A stretch of DNA of 64,000 bases, taken from contig OZ038378.1 in NCBI GenBank assembly GCA_964036045.1, forward strand, positions 137,888,001-137,952,000. Reading direction: 5' to 3'. Shown in pieces: positions 1-12,721 of this stretch. A program made the position numbers and the translations under genes. Source of the DNA: Eutreptiella sp. 'Long Island Sound 2002' (lineage: Eukaryota; Protista; Euglenida). Positions within the stretch are counted from its first letter, which is position 1. Each line of letters begins with the position of its first letter. Below the pieces are notes generated by a model that worked only from the letters and a program-made list of their open reading frames with translations, was not told the DNA's origin and ran no database searches.

Positions 1-141
1 CATGAAATTCGTGCGTATTCCGTACGAATTTGACGTGAATCTGCGTGAATTTCGTCCAAATTGTATGTTTCATTGGTGCATTATTCCATCGTTGCTCCCC
101 CTTCCTCCATTGGTGCCTTGCACACTTCTCCCCGCTTGTAG

Positions 142-965
142 GGCCCGTTTCACGCCTGGTCGCCGGACGTCCGGAACCAAGCCCGGCGGCGATTCACGCC
201 GCACCAGCGTGTGCAACTGCCCAAGCAGGAGAGCGAGGTGGCCCACGGCACTGGTTGTGGACGGGCCCCGAGTGCGGCCGGCAGTGAGCACAGTGAGGCC
301 TCTTGGGAGGCACTGCAGGGAGCCACAGCGAGGCCACCTCCGGTGCGGGGCATGGGCAGTCGGCTGTGCGGGAGGTGGTCGTTCCCATGCCGTCCCGCGA
401 GGACTTGGGTACCGCCCGCGTTGACCCCCCCCCCCCCCCCGTGCCCGGGTCACCCTCGCCCACGCAGCCGGATCCGGCCTGGACGCACAAGGTGGCGCTT
501 GGGCGCGACGGGCGGCAGCGGCATCTCTCTGCCGTGTGGGACCTGCCTTGGAAACCCCGTGGGTGCAGGCCGACCTCCGCATCTCCTTCTCCTTCCCCCT
601 TACGATCCAAGGTGGTTCCCACCTGCCCGATAGGCAGGAGCTGATCGGCATGTTTGCCTACCGGCTTGTAAGCGGGCACTAGCGGGTGCCGACAGGGCTG
701 GCGGGAATTGGGGACAAGGGGACGGTGACCAGGGGTGGGGTCGTTGGGCTGAATATGGTCACGGGGGGGGGGAGAAGCGGAAGCCGGAGTGGGTGGACGT
801 GGCATGGCTTGCCATGCGCGTCCACGTGGGGAGTCAGCGGAAGCGGAGGGTTGACGTCATTGACGTCGAGGGGGAGGAGCCCCCCCCCCCCCCATGCCCC
901 CTCCTCCTGGAAGCGGAAAGCCCAGTCCCCCCCCCCAAGGGGACACCGATGATGCCCCCCCCCCC
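142..965 (+). pseudogene. A1 gene 2, 5' part (unknown domain; frameshifts in C-runs)
   Basis: Follows a CTTGTAG acceptor at 141. Translated pieces (VVVPMPSREDLGTARVDPPPP; GRDGRQRHLSAVWDL; PEWVDVAWLAMRVHVG) match A2 26186-26940. Confidence 0.6.
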
Positions 966-980
966 CCCCAGAAGGCCCCG
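966..980. repeat. Left target-site duplication of the LINE (CCCCAGAAGGCCCCG)
   Basis: Identical 15-mer at 9252-9266. The uninterrupted paralogous site in A2 (~27011-27026) has one copy. Confidence 0.9.
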
Positions 981-984
981 TGTC

Positions 985-1905
985 CCAGGGATATGCGGAG
1001 ATTTGTCTGCAGCATTTTGGTCGGTCACTGCACCTTCTTTTGGTGCGTCAGAGATGCGGCTTTTGCGTGTCTAGTTACAGTAACTGGTTCTGGTGACGTC
1101 TGGGGCATCCTGGCCCGTTTCTGTGTGCTTTTGGGGAGTGCCAGTGAGCTGAGAATGGGTATGGCATGTCCATCAGGTGCCCTGAGACGGTCGTGGGCAC
1201 ACGGCGAACCACATGGTGGTGCATGAGCGCGGCCAGTTGCTGCTGGTGGGGTATCACTTGCTATCTCGTGTGCTGCGGTTTGTTTCTGGTGCCTGGTGCA
1301 GATAACACAAGCGCAGTGGTCAAGGCTTCTCAAAGGTTCCAGCGATATGCGGAGATCTATCTGGGACGTTTCGATTAGTCAAAGTAGCTTCTTTTGGTGC
1401 GTCAGAGATGCGGTTGCGTGTGCAGCTACAGTGACTCGTTTTGGTGACGCCTGGGGCATCATGGCCCGTCTCTGTGTGCTTTTTGGGGAGTGCCAGGATG
1501 AGCTGAACCTGGGTATGGAATGTCCATCGGGTGCCCTACGAACGTCGTAGGCATACGGAGGACAACATGGTGGTACAGGAGCTGTTGGGGTGTTGCTGTT
1601 GGGGTGTTGCTCTCTATCTCGTGTGCTGCGATTTGTTTCTTGCGATTGGTGCCGGTAACACAAACAATCGTCAGTGGAAGCGGGTGGATCCAGCAGCCTG
1701 TGGGGCATCATGGCCCGTGCTAGCAGTACTTCGGCTTTGCATCGTGCTGAGGTCTTACAGTAGTCCCAAAGCTACGCGGTGATGTGTCTGGGGCATTTTG
1801 GTCCGTCAATGTAGCTCGCGTTTTGTGCGTCAGCGATGCGGGATCTGCGGGTGCAGTGATTGCAACTGGTTCTAGTGGCGTCTGGGGCATCATGCCCCGT
1901 GCAGA
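985..1905 (+). repeat. About 2.4 diverged ~355 bp tandem units at the LINE 5' end
   Basis: GATATGCGGAGAT...TTTTGGTGCGTCAGAGATGCGG...TGGGGCATC recurs at ~990 and ~1346, and partially at ~1785. Confidence 0.8.
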
Positions 1906-1985
1906 GGTCCAGGCTTAGACATGTTCCTGCTTGCTCTTTGTCATCCTTTGCTGGTTGTGCCCGATAGTGCATGTAGTGAGACACT

Positions 1986-3923
1986 TTGGCTTGTTCGGTG
2001 CGGTTCTTCAGAGCTGGGCTTTACGGGTGCAGTTCTTTCTTATTCGCAATGGTGTTGGATTATTCAGCGTTGCCGCAGGCGGAGCAGGCGCAAGTAGTTG
2101 TCCCACGTCACGTATTTCCACTCATATCAGTGGGAAAAACCCCGGACACAGGGGAATTGGTTCTGGCAGCCAAGCTGTACGGTAAGGAGAAGAAAGAAGT
2201 CCACCGCATCCCGTACTCCGCATCAATTATAACAGGCGCCTGTACCTTTTTCCCAATGTTCATGGGTATGCTCCCTGCTACTAGCCTAGCCACTTTGGCG
2301 GTATCAGCTCCGGACATGAAGGTCGGTGATTGGCGGTCTTGGGGTGACTGGTTCACGGCCAACTGGCCCAAGTGGTCTCCAGATGCTCGGGTTTTGTGGC
2401 AAGCAGAAGTGTGCGATCAGGTTCGAGACATAGATCTGCAGATGTAATGGTCTGCCATGGCGACCGATAAATTTGTATCCATGGTATGCGGAGATCACCA
2501 CATACAGGGGAAACACAAATTGAAGGAGATTGTCCTGTGGTATGCCATTTACAGCCAGTGGTCCAAAGCGACAGCGAAGCTGCCGATTTATGACTTGTGC
2601 ATGGATGTGGAGGAGAGCGCGCTCGACGAGTGCCCGGTCAAAGCAGCGGACTGGACACGGCTGCAAGCAGGTGCGTTGAAGTCTTGGAAGGTATCACTCA
2701 ACAACAGACACGCACGTGATCCAGAGCCCTCGTGGAAGCGCATGTTGAACAGGTCGTCAAGTGCGTCAGACGGGCAGCCGTCAGCCGACGCCGCCCACTT
2801 AGACTCCGTGCTGGAGGACGTTCAACACTACCCTACAGCGGTCGTAGGCGACGCGGGAGCGGCATTGAAAGAACTGATGCTCGCGGCCACGGTGGACTCC
2901 AAAATGGTACGTGGCTTCGATAATATCAAGCAGCCCCAACAACTTCAGGCTGGGCTGTGACTATTGCTGTCCAGGATAACTCCGGCACAAAAGAAGCAGT
3001 TGAGTCCACAACTCGTAGAATGGAACGCCGCCTGCTCGCAGTTAGTCCCCGCAGAAGTCCACTCGTCGGATCGTACGGCGTTCTTGAAGTCAGCCGACGC
3101 AATCCTGACCAAGGCGACACCCTCGGTGAACTGGTTTGAGGTGGGAGCGCACATGCTCTTGGCCGGTATAGACCCGCCCGATAAGTGCGACGAATTTCAA
3201 GAAGTTACAGACGCCAAGTCCATGCGGCGAGCGGTAGCGCAAGTCGCACAGCATGCGCACAGCAAGGTGCAGTTCAGAGTGGTCCTCAAGGAGCTGGCGG
3301 AGGCTGTCCCGCAAGGGATGGATGCGGAGCATGAGGAACCGACTGATGAGTTTGATCGCTTTGGGCAAAGTCCGCAGAAACGCGCAGCCCAGGCACCGGT
3401 GGCCGAGGCAGAGCGTAGTCCTCTCCCCACGAAGGAACGAACAAGCAGCGGGGACACGGTAGCGGAGACATTCACGGCCGTTCCGCAATCTCAAGTCAAG
3501 GACGGAGTGGTGGTGCGGCTGTTTTCGCTCACCAATACACACACATCTCGCAGGTACAGACAGGCAGTCCAGGATGTTTTCGGTGTTAGCTGTAACCTGG
3601 ATGGCTATCAGGTGAATAGAGGGTGGTACCACATACAAGTGCCAAAGGTGACAGTGCAGCGGCTGTTTGGTACGGACACCATAATGACTTTCAAGAGCCC
3701 GAGCGGGTTCACGCTCAATGCGCGCACACACGACCAGCAGGGTGAGCCGTACAGGCAGTACAAAAGGCCCAGAAGCTCAGGCGACTGGGCAGACTAGTAC
3801 GATCGCCCGGCGGACACAGGGAACAAGCAGGCGTATCCCATTTCCATAGGTCAAAGCGCGACGCCAGAGTACATGTCGTATCAAGCGCCATGGGGGGGCA
3901 CGCGCTGGCAGTCTTGGTACTGA
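1986..3923 (+). pseudogene. LINE ORF1 (no recognised domain), 3 in-frame stops
   Basis: ORFs 1986-2447, 2457-2960 and 2964-3797 share one frame, separated only by TAA, TGA and TAG. Reading continues to TGA at 3921-3923. Confidence 0.7.
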
Positions 3924-3974
3924 CTGCCGTATCTGCCGCACGGTTACCCAGTTGACCCCATCACGCACTGGGTT

Positions 3975-6900
3975 GTGTATCAGTGTGCGTGCACTGTGTC
4001 ACGCAAGCATATAAAGAGTTTTTTGCAGTCCTGGTCGCGATTGGTGTTTCCCGAGTCCAGCCTGTTGCCACAAGTCTCCGGTACGAAGGAGGCACGCATC
4101 TGCTGGCAATGCGGTACCCTATGGCAGGCCGGGGGGCCTGCTGAATGTCCAGAGTGTGGCCTGCATGCGTGGTTTGAGGTGGACGGTGTGTCACTACCGC
4201 CGGTCCGTTGTGACCTAAGTTTCTTGCCGTCACACGTGATGTCAGTGTTAGAGAAATTGCCCAGTCCAGTGTTTGTGTTTGTGCTGCACAGACTGTCCAG
4301 GTGGGCGCGTTTGCTTCAGCGGCGCAGCTTGCGCTCAGTGCAGGATAGCAGGGCAAGGGTGTCTCCGCCAGTTTGGCATGCTGATGCCCCGTTGGTGCTG
4401 CACACAGAGCCTCCGGTGGGTGCTTACTCAGAGGGTTGCAAAGCCGTGAAGCCAGGGAGCCCCGAAGTCACAGCGTATCAATTTCTCGTGGGAACACAGC
4501 GGTGTCCTACTTGCTCCAGGGTTCGATGGTGCGACGTGCGTGTAGTGGGTCCAGTGTGTTCAAGCACGCCACGAGCAGTGTGCCTCTGCCGTGTCACGGG
4601 TGTATCGTACATGCAAAAGTCGCTGGCAGCGGCGAGTAGTGTGTGTGTGCGTGATACATATGTCGGCCGTGTGGTACCTCTGTACCTAGTGACGCACTAT
4701 GACTGTAGGAGGGAATGTCCATACGCGCCCAGTCCTGAAGTACTAGGGTGGGCTGATCAATTCGTTTTACCAGCGCAGTCGCCCACTGAGGGATCTGCAG
4801 CGAGTCTGCGAGTCATGACGCTCAATTGTGGCGGGGCTCAGGGTAAGTTAAGTGTCATGGTAGGGGTGGTACTCAGTCACGATCCAGATGTGGCGTTTTT
4901 ACAAGAATGTTGGGACGCAGACATAGAGAGCCGGTTTGCGTTACGGATGTATGTAGTGTGTATGAGTGCAGTGCAAGGACCTGGTAAGGGCATGTGCGTG
5001 TTGGTGCATCGCCGGCTTTGGGCGCCAGAAATGCAGCAGAGTTGTGATGTGCTCATTGATGAACGGTCGTGGCTAGCGGTGCTGCTACACCGTGACACCA
5101 ATGTCGCGACTCTGCTTGTGGATGTACATATGGATCCAGAGATCAATAGCACAGCGAAGGAGGAGATACTGAGTGCGGTGGGTGCCATGATTGACAGGGT
5201 GTGCCCGCACGAGGCAGTGGTATCGGGCGACTTCAATGTCCCCAGTAACAGCAAAAGTATGGTAGAGAGAGTGGTGAGCAAAGGGCACGCACTGAGTAAA
5301 CTGCATATACCGTACGACAGAGGGGAGAAGACCAACTATACGTCTTCAGGACACGCAACAGTGGCCACAGAGATAGATTATATCCTGGTCTCCAAGCACA
5401 TAGGAGTGGCATAGAAGGGAGTGTACCCAAGGGTTTCGACGCACATGGCCCTCGTTTGTACCCTCACGGGTATGGGTTGTCAGCCGGTGCCAGTGCAGAA
5501 GCGCTACAAACACCGAGTAACAACAGAAGACCAAAAGCAGCGGGCGGCGCGGCTGCTGGCCTTGTATTGGTGGTGGTTGGCAGGCACAGGGGCACATCGT
5601 GACGCTTGGGTGGCATGTTACTGGAGCATTGCTGATGGTATACTGCCCCCGAGCTCGCATCGAGTCAGTGCCCAGGCAATTCTAGACAGGGGGAAGGGTT
5701 TAGTAAACAAGGGGGTTGCACAGCGGGAGCTGCGGGCATGGCACGAGGAAGTGCAACAGCACCTGTATGTGCGTGGGGTGCGTATGAACGATCAGGTGCT
5801 GAGTACGGTCAGTATCACGTCACACACCACACGGGCCATACAGCCCACGACCAAAGCGCCACGTCCTTACCCACAACTCAAGTCCCGCGCAGATCAGCGA
5901 CAGGAGGTGCAGGAAGCGCTGCGCACCGCAGCAAGTCAGTTGGAGTTTTATCATATAACACGCGGGCAGTCAGTCAACGTGTCTGTTTTGGTGCATGCGG
6001 CTCAGCCGGGGAAGCAGTTAGCCGCGTGGGACGAACCACATTTTAACACCATCTTGCGCCTGCGCGCGTTGGGTCTCCCCACCAATCCCGCTGACGCACA
6101 GTCACAGCTTGCGGTCCTGCCGCGGGCCCCACAAATCAATGCGTATACTCTGAGAGGGGCACTAGACAGGGGTGGGTCAGACGCCACGTCACGAGACGAA
6201 ATACCGGTGAGCTTACTGGCAGCCATGCCGCACACAGGTGACAAGGCCATGTATACATATACACAGCGGCTGCGCCAGTATCCAAACGCCATTTCCAACC
6301 AGATTCTGCAACTTGGTATATATAAATCAGGCCTCCCGCACCTTTTTCAGTCGTACCGTCCCATCAAATTGGCGTCCGCAGCGAATTCCATGCAGGTAGG
6401 TATAGTACAACACGAAGTGAATTTTCGGGCGGAGGCGGACGGATCATGGGCGGGGAACACGTTTTCATATCGCAAAGGGCTGAGCCCTCAATATCTGGCA
6501 CTTGCAGCGAGAGCAATAGTTTGTGTCGCCCTGTCCGAAGGGGGGGAGGTGCACATAGTCGAGGGTGACGAGTCAGGTGCTTTTGACATGCCGATCAGGG
6601 AGGATGTCGCCAGATGTGGTGCCCACTGGCCCACACAGTGTGCCTACGGGGAGTGGGCAGCGGATTTTTACGGCCGGCAGAAGGTCCGGTTATGGACAGT
6701 GCAGGGGTTGGCACCGCAGGTCGTGCCACAGTTAGGCTTCTCACAAGGATGCAGGCTGGCTGCTACAGCGTACTTGGAGTATGGTAAGTACAGGACCAGG
6801 GGTCTGCAGTACCTGGGTGATTGCTCGTGGGTGCGGGGAGTCAGTCTGAGTGAGGTGGTGTTTAGTGACGATAGAAGGTGGTTCGGCAGAACAGCAGAGG

Positions 6901-9131
6901 AAGCCACGCGTTTGGCCACAGTGGCCCATGTGCTGTCGCAAGACGCTTGCGCCCCAAGCCACCAAGCTAAAATGCAGTACACCCGTTTGCAGCTAGCGCC
7001 ATCACGTATTGTACAGCGGACGCGCCATGTCATATACGTTCACGGCATGCCTGTGGAGTCAGCACAGAGTGTCCCCGAGGTTGTAGGCATAACACTGGAG
7101 CCCCACACAGCACCGCCACAGTTGCTGAGCCGCGTGGTCAAGAGTGCACGCCGTCTGCAGTACTTTATCACCAAGTACCAGCCGAATTTTTTACAGGCTG
7201 TGCGCTCGGTCATAGCGTATCTGGTGTCGCGTGCTGATTACGTGGCTAAAGGGTCCTAGCTGCCAGCACAGGTGCTGCACGACTCACAGGTGCAGGTGAA
7301 CCATTTGTATCGGCGCATCCTGGCCATGCCAGCCGACACGCCCCTGGTGATCTTGCACACTCCGGTGGTGTTTGGGGGATGGGGTTGTCCGCAGATCGCC
7401 ACGCGTGCGGCCTTGAATTTCGTGCAGGGGTCTTTGTCCGCCATCGATAGTCGCAGCTCGCTGGCTCAGACAGTGCTGCGGGAACAGGCCACATGTCCGA
7501 TGCCTTTGCGGCAGGGAGATTATGAGCAGTTCGCGGCTTGCTGCACTGAGGACGGCGTCGTCATACGGACGGTGTCGGAGCTTGCGCAGGGCTCCACCCC
7601 CCCAGTCCTGCGGGCAACACTATTACAGGCGGAGGCGCTGTATGTTACGACGGACGTCCCTGACGGTCCGTTACAGCCAGAATTCGCAGGGGTGGGGATA
7701 GTAGTCACGGACGGAACAGAGTGCCAGGAATTCAGTTTCGGTGTGGTGGCCGCTGCTGTGTCATCGTCTGCACTTGAGTGGCTGGCGAAACTTCTTGCCA
7801 TGTTGCTGCTGCAACACTGCAGAGGTGAGCTGTACATGTTCTGTGATAATGCGTCATTGCAGGTGTCCGCACATAGTACCATAGTTACCACGCAAAGTTG
7901 GGTAGATCGACTGGCCAGGAAGGTGCTGCAGCTCCCTGTGTTCAGCAAAGTCCGCGAGTGTTGGTTGCCAGCGCAGCATGACACACATGATCAGGGTCAG
8001 GCGGCAAGGTGGCAGGCGCAGTCGGACGCACTGGCCACATTTGCCAAGTCCCACCCATCAGCCGTGCCCTTGCCCTGGTCATTACTGCTGTCCTGCGAAG
8101 CGGACGTGTTGATTCCTTTTTTTCAAGATCGGTGCGTGTTTCATCGAGCGCGGTTCCTGTCAGCGCTCTACTCAGTAGCTGTAGCAAGCGCATCTCCCAT
8201 GGCAGACATGGTCCGGCGTCTGGACATAAACACTGACCACTGGGTCGCTGTATGTGAGTCTCATCAGATTACGCTGCAGCAGCACAGACAGGCAGCGTAT
8301 TTGCGCAGCATCGCGTATCTGCCGCTCATGTACTTCGACACACCGCCATGCCGGTTCTGTCACCTGGAGTCCGGTAATGAGGGGTCGCACCTGGACGACT
8401 GCTCGCAGTTGTACGTGCGTGCATTTGCCACCTTTGCACAGGTGGCTGAGACATTCACCGCGAGTGTTCGGGGTAATCAGCAGGCCCAGTGGGATCTGCA
8501 CGTCAGAGTCATGGTGAGCCACAGCGAGTACTGGTGCATGCTGGTGCCCGACTCGCGAGTGCATTTTTTCCAGCATGTCGCGTCACGCCACAGCGAGGCA
8601 CAGGTCCTGATTCTGACCTGGTCTGGCATGTCGTGGGTGAAGTACAAGCACAGAACCGACCACAGATACATTTCCGCAGCGGTAGTGCGAAGCCTTGTGT
8701 CTCAGGTGCTGTCAGGTACGGAACGCGGTCAAGACAGTGTGCCCGGGGTACGCTGGCCCTTGAAGGTGCCTGACGGGCAGCACAGTCCTTATAGTCCGCT
8801 GTCTGTCGCACCAGCAGAGGTTCCCTTGCTTGCACAGCAAATATTAGCTTGGCTGCTTCGATGGGATCCACGTCTGCGCTACACGCACACACGGCCTATG
8901 CACGTGTTTCTTCCCATTCACAACGGGAGTCACGGACCTCTAATGTACCATGTTACAGCTTGTACTCCCTTTTGCTGTCATCGTCAAGTGAGACCACAAT
9001 TACAGCGCCTAGTGGTAGTCTGCACCTGCCTTGGTCAGGCTCCAGAACAATGGAACGTGGTGCAGGCGGGGGTCGGATGGACAGTGTTCGCTGACTCGAG
9101 ATATTCCACGGCGCCGTTAGCGGATTATTGA
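3975..9131 (+). pseudogene. LINE ORF2 polyprotein: Cys-rich N-terminus, APE endonuclease, reverse transcriptase, RNase H, CCHC knuckle; 2 in-frame TAG stops
   Basis: APE: LRVMTLNCGG, FLQEC, GDFN, IDYILVS (4806-5393). RT: YRPIKL, GAFD, GFSQGC, FSDD (6861-6872). RNase H: FCDN, WLPAQH, QSDALA (~7640-8036). CRFC-x8-H-x3-C at ~8350-8403. The three ORFs are in one frame. Confidence 0.9.
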
Positions 9132-9235
9132 CTGGTTCCGCTGCTCGTGTCTTGTGCAGGGTAGGGGCAGGGAGCCACACGTAGAAGGGGGAGAGTGCAC
9201 AACGCCCCCGATCGGCCGTGCCTACGCCCGGGCAT

Positions 9236-9251
9236 ACCAAACCAAACCAAA
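9236..9251 (+). repeat. LINE 3' tail (ACCAA)3
   Basis: ACCAAACCAAACCAAA directly abuts the right TSD. Confidence 0.85.
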
Positions 9252-9266
9252 CCCCAGAAGGCCCCG

Positions 9267-9990
9267 CGTACGGGCACCCTGGCGGAGCGGGCGGAGCGAG
9301 CGGCAGGGGACCGGCAGAGGGGAGCTGCACATGTGGATGAGTGGGTGGAGCAGCAGCAGCAGCAGCAGCACTGCGGGGTGTGGGTGGTCCGCGCGATCAC
9401 TGCGGAGGCCACCAACCGCGACCTCGAGGCTCACCTGTCAAGGGCCAACGAGGACACGCGGGCCGCCGAGACGCAGTTGGCGGCCGTCACGCGGGAAAGG
9501 GACCGTCTCGCTTCCAGGGTGAAAACCCTGGAGCGCGTCTTGGGGACGGTGCGCAAGGCCGCGGGGGGTAGGCAACCGGCACAGACAGGGGAGGGTGCCG
9601 AGGGTGCAGAGGGCCCAACGGCCGAGAGGGCGGGGGGAGGGCACTCCTGCTGGCGTTCTTTACCTTTCAGCTGGCGCGCAGGCATGACATGCCCAGGCTG
9701 AGGGAGCAATAGGACAGATGTCGGCCGTCGCGACGGGGCTCCAGATGGCCCTGCCGGCTGGTGGCTAGTTGGTCGAGTTGGCGACTGTGGCACCCGACGT
9801 GGCCAGGCTCACTGCCGCCCGCGAGGACGTGGGTCGATAGTAACGCCCCCCGCCGCCTCACGGCGGCGGCGATCGACGCCTCTTTTGTCGAGCACGTGGA
9901 GCAGAGCTCCCAATGCTCCGCTAGCCGGAGCTCTGCTCCAGGGGGATGGGGGGGGCGTAGGACTTTGGGACCACCTGTCCCTTCTAACCT
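9267..9990 (+). pseudogene. A1 gene 2, 3' part (coiled-coil segment)
   Basis: ORF 9195-9701 (NRDLEAHLSRANEDTRAAETQLAAVTRERDRLASRVKTLERVL) is heptad-like. DNA matches A2 27020-27730. Confidence 0.55.
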
Positions 9991-10006
9991 GCACGGATGT
10001 TAATGT

Positions 10007-10009
<3 letters not shown>

Positions 10010-10055
<46 letters not shown>
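10010..10055. repeat. (TA)n microsatellite
   Basis: Direct reading; absent at the equivalent A2 position. Confidence 0.95.
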
Positions 10056-10369
10056 GAATGTATGTACATGCAAGTACTGCCTGCAACCGTGCAACCCCCC
10101 CCCCCCCCCCGGCATGGGCAGTTGGACCGACATGTGGGGTACCCCTCCCCACTTTGCGCAATTTTTTCAGCACAAATTTTGGCACGGTCTATATTTTATT
10201 TGCTCTCTCATGTGCCAGCCCTTATTTTACACTGCTGAGGGTGTTAGGCGAAACAATAACACAAGTGGACATTGGACTAGGTGTGCGGTGACCCCTAAGC
10301 TTCAGCCTCTGTTTGCTTTGTTAGGGCCAGCGATGGCAAGAGGAAGAGTCAAAATTTTTGTTTGAAAAA

Positions 10370-10525
10370 ATTTCGCTCAAATTCACGTGAAATTCGTACG
10401 AAATTGGTAAGAAAATCGTACGAAATTGGTACGAATTTCGTACGAATTTCACAGAACCTTCAATATTCACACACATTCATTCACCCCAAATTTGTATGGC
10501 AATTTCACGTGAACCTCACCAAATT
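10370..10525. repeat. Element A motif array (AATTCGTACGAATT-like, palindromic core TTCGTACGAA)
   Basis: Clusters at 1-70, 10370-10525 and 12380-12480 (A1), and at 24100-24210, 25940-26110, 27765-27860 and 29805-29900 (A2). All are non-coding. Confidence 0.85.
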
Positions 10526-10602
10526 TAGTCACCTTGTGCATGGGGATGGTAGAAACCTCCCATAAAATTCTCCTCATTTCCACAGGCTTTGTACTAGACA
10601 CC

Positions 10603-12290
10603 ATGCCGCGTGGTGATGGAGCTCGGGCCAAGGAGCCATTCCATTTGGTAGCCGATCGTACATGACGAAGGCGCCTACAAGAGCTGCAGCAAGTTGTTAC
10701 CACCGAGCTTGCATCACCCTACACCGTCAAGTACCTACCCGACACCGGGCAAATAGTGCGTACCTCGGAAACAAGAGTTATACTGGTTGTCCCGCCTGAG
10801 CCCACCATGGAGGAGAGGTTGATTATGGCCGCTTGGCGCATCCGGTCGTTGCACGTCTGTAGGACATAGGCACGGCACCTAGTGGGGAGCATGACGTACG
10901 GTGTGGTATGGGACCAGGTGTACGGCATGCTTCGGCAGCTAGCGTTACCGGAGTCCGGGGCGTTCACTACCTATACGGGAGACGACACAGCCATCCATGG
11001 TGCGGCCTGCTACCTACCCGACCGCATCGGCCACTTGTACAAGTGTCGACGACCCCCACCCTCAGACATCATGCAGCCCGGGGAGTGACGGCTGCATTGG
11101 TTGCCTATCACGGTGGATGGTACTTCGAGGCATGAGGCCTCGTACGTCCATTGCACGCTTGGTGGCACCGCCAGCCGCAACCAACTATCTAGTTGGTGGC
11201 TACTAGGGGGCAGTCAAAATCGGGAGACGCTCTACGCAGCCTCCCAAGAAATCGATTTGATGATTGTGCAAGGCCGCAACCGTAAGTTTTAAAGAAAAAG
11301 ATACGGAAGGCAATGATAGGCAGTCCCTTTTTTTTGGTGTGCAGATGGGAAAGTGCAGGTGCTCATGGCGGGCTTCCAAAACTGGAAGGCAGAATCTCCC
11401 GTGGCCACCGTGTGTTGGGTTTGCATGCGCCGTGCTGTTTGCCGTGCTACCTTTGGGACAACAAGTGCAATGTACGCCAACTGGATAGGGGGTGTCGCCA
11501 TAGGTGCTATATATAGGACCATTAAAAGTGATAGGCGAGTGCCTGATTATGGCCCCCATGGGGTCCTCCGTGTCTTTTTGTGTGGCATAAACACCAACGG
11601 GACCTAGTTGTATAATTGACAGGTAAGGCACCGTGCCTCACTAAACAATGACAAGGCAAACAGCAAGGGGAAGGTAAGGATGGAGTGTGATGCTGCCATC
11701 CATTTCAGGCGGAACAGGGGTTGGGAGCAGGTAATGGATGCTTGCCTACAACACCCTAGTGTGAGGCAGCATCAAGTAGGAGGAAAGGGTTGGCAGTTGG
11801 TGTGCAAAACATGGTGGGAGAATTTTGCAAGCATATGTGTATTCGTTTGGCGTTCCGCATGGTTCTCTGGGGCCCACTTGGGGCGGCTCCGGAAACCATA
11901 CCATAGCCATGGGCGACGCCCACAATGAGCTCCAGCGGGGCAAACTTCTGTGGACACATCTTTGAAACGACCACATATATCTTTTTTGCAAAGAAGTGGA
12001 GAATCTGGTCAAAGTTGTCCTGCTTTACCATGGAGGGAAGTCATCGGAGGCTGAAGCGCATGTTGCGCAGCACCGGGGGCCTAAGCCTCCTCCGGGGGAG
12101 ACTAGGGTTGCAAGTGGTTGTGGACAACCACACCATTGATGATAGCCTTTGGTCTCATGGGTGGGATGCGACCAAAAGGGCACAAAATGGGCAAGGGCCC
12201 ATAAGTGTACAAAGGTATGCAAGATGTACAAGCGGATGAGCACATTCATACTCTAGAGCGGCGGTTCTGGTGTCGCAAGAAACGGACATG
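10603..12290 (+). pseudogene. A1 DDE transposase (RAG1/Transib/Chapaev-like), stops and frameshifts
   Basis: ITVDGT (D1), CADGK (D2), CWVC, PDYGPHGVLR, HxxxxH region and FTMEGSHRRLK (E). Homologous to A2 27935-29710. Confidence 0.75.
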
Positions 12291-12673
12291 AGAACACAAC
12301 ACGAACTGAGAACGTTGTTGCCTGTGGCCAGGGTGCATGCACGGTTGCATTGGAGGGCGGACAAATGATGGGGGTGCACACCGGTAAATTTTGTGTAAAA
12401 TCACATCCATTCGTACCAAAATCGTGCGAATTTCGTACGAATTCACGTGAATTCACGCCTATGAATCGGCTACAAGCTTGCCGGGTTTTGGCCCCTCTCG
12501 TTTTGGGCGCGGTTTGGGCATGGGGCATGGTTTTGGGGCGGAACTTTCATAGGATGATGCCTAATGAAGCTGGGGGAAGAATTTTACCCCCTCAAATCCA
12601 TCATAGGGAACCAAAAATAAGGCGCCCCCCCAAAAACCTCGAAATTCGGGTTGATTCACGCGAATTTTCACGC

Positions 12674-12721
12674 CCCATTCAAACGGCCACTTATCCCCCG
12701 TTCACGAAGGGTACATGGTGG
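12674..12721 (-). repeat. A1 right terminal inverted repeat
   Basis: Reverse complement CCACCATGTACCCTTCGTGAACGGGGGATAAGTGGCCGTTTGAATGGG; near-identical end at 30116-30163. Confidence 0.75.

Larger units (their letters stand above)
981..9251 (+). mobile_element. Full-length non-LTR retrotransposon (APE-RT-RNase H type, Ingi/I-group-like), 8.27 kb
   Basis: 15 bp TSD, 3' (ACCAA)3 tail, ORF1 plus ORF2 with endonuclease, RT, RNase H and CCHC motifs. Confidence 0.92.
1..12721 (+). mobile_element. Element A copy 1: RAG1/Transib/Chapaev-like multi-gene DNA transposon, left end outside window, interrupted by a LINE
   Basis: 1-965 aligns by eye with 26050-27015 and 9267-12720 with 27015-30162. Similarity stops sharply after ...TTCACGAAGGGTACA(T/C)GG(T/C)GG (12721 and 30163), defining the right end. 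Contains a transposase pseudogene. Confidence 0.8.

Noticed and set aside
1986-9131. Stop-codon reassignment (TAG/TAA as Gln) to explain in-frame stops
   Set aside because: All three stop types occur, a sister repeat shows CAA where TAA is found, and TAG also appears at natural ORF ends (e.g. 20766-20768). Mutational decay is simpler.
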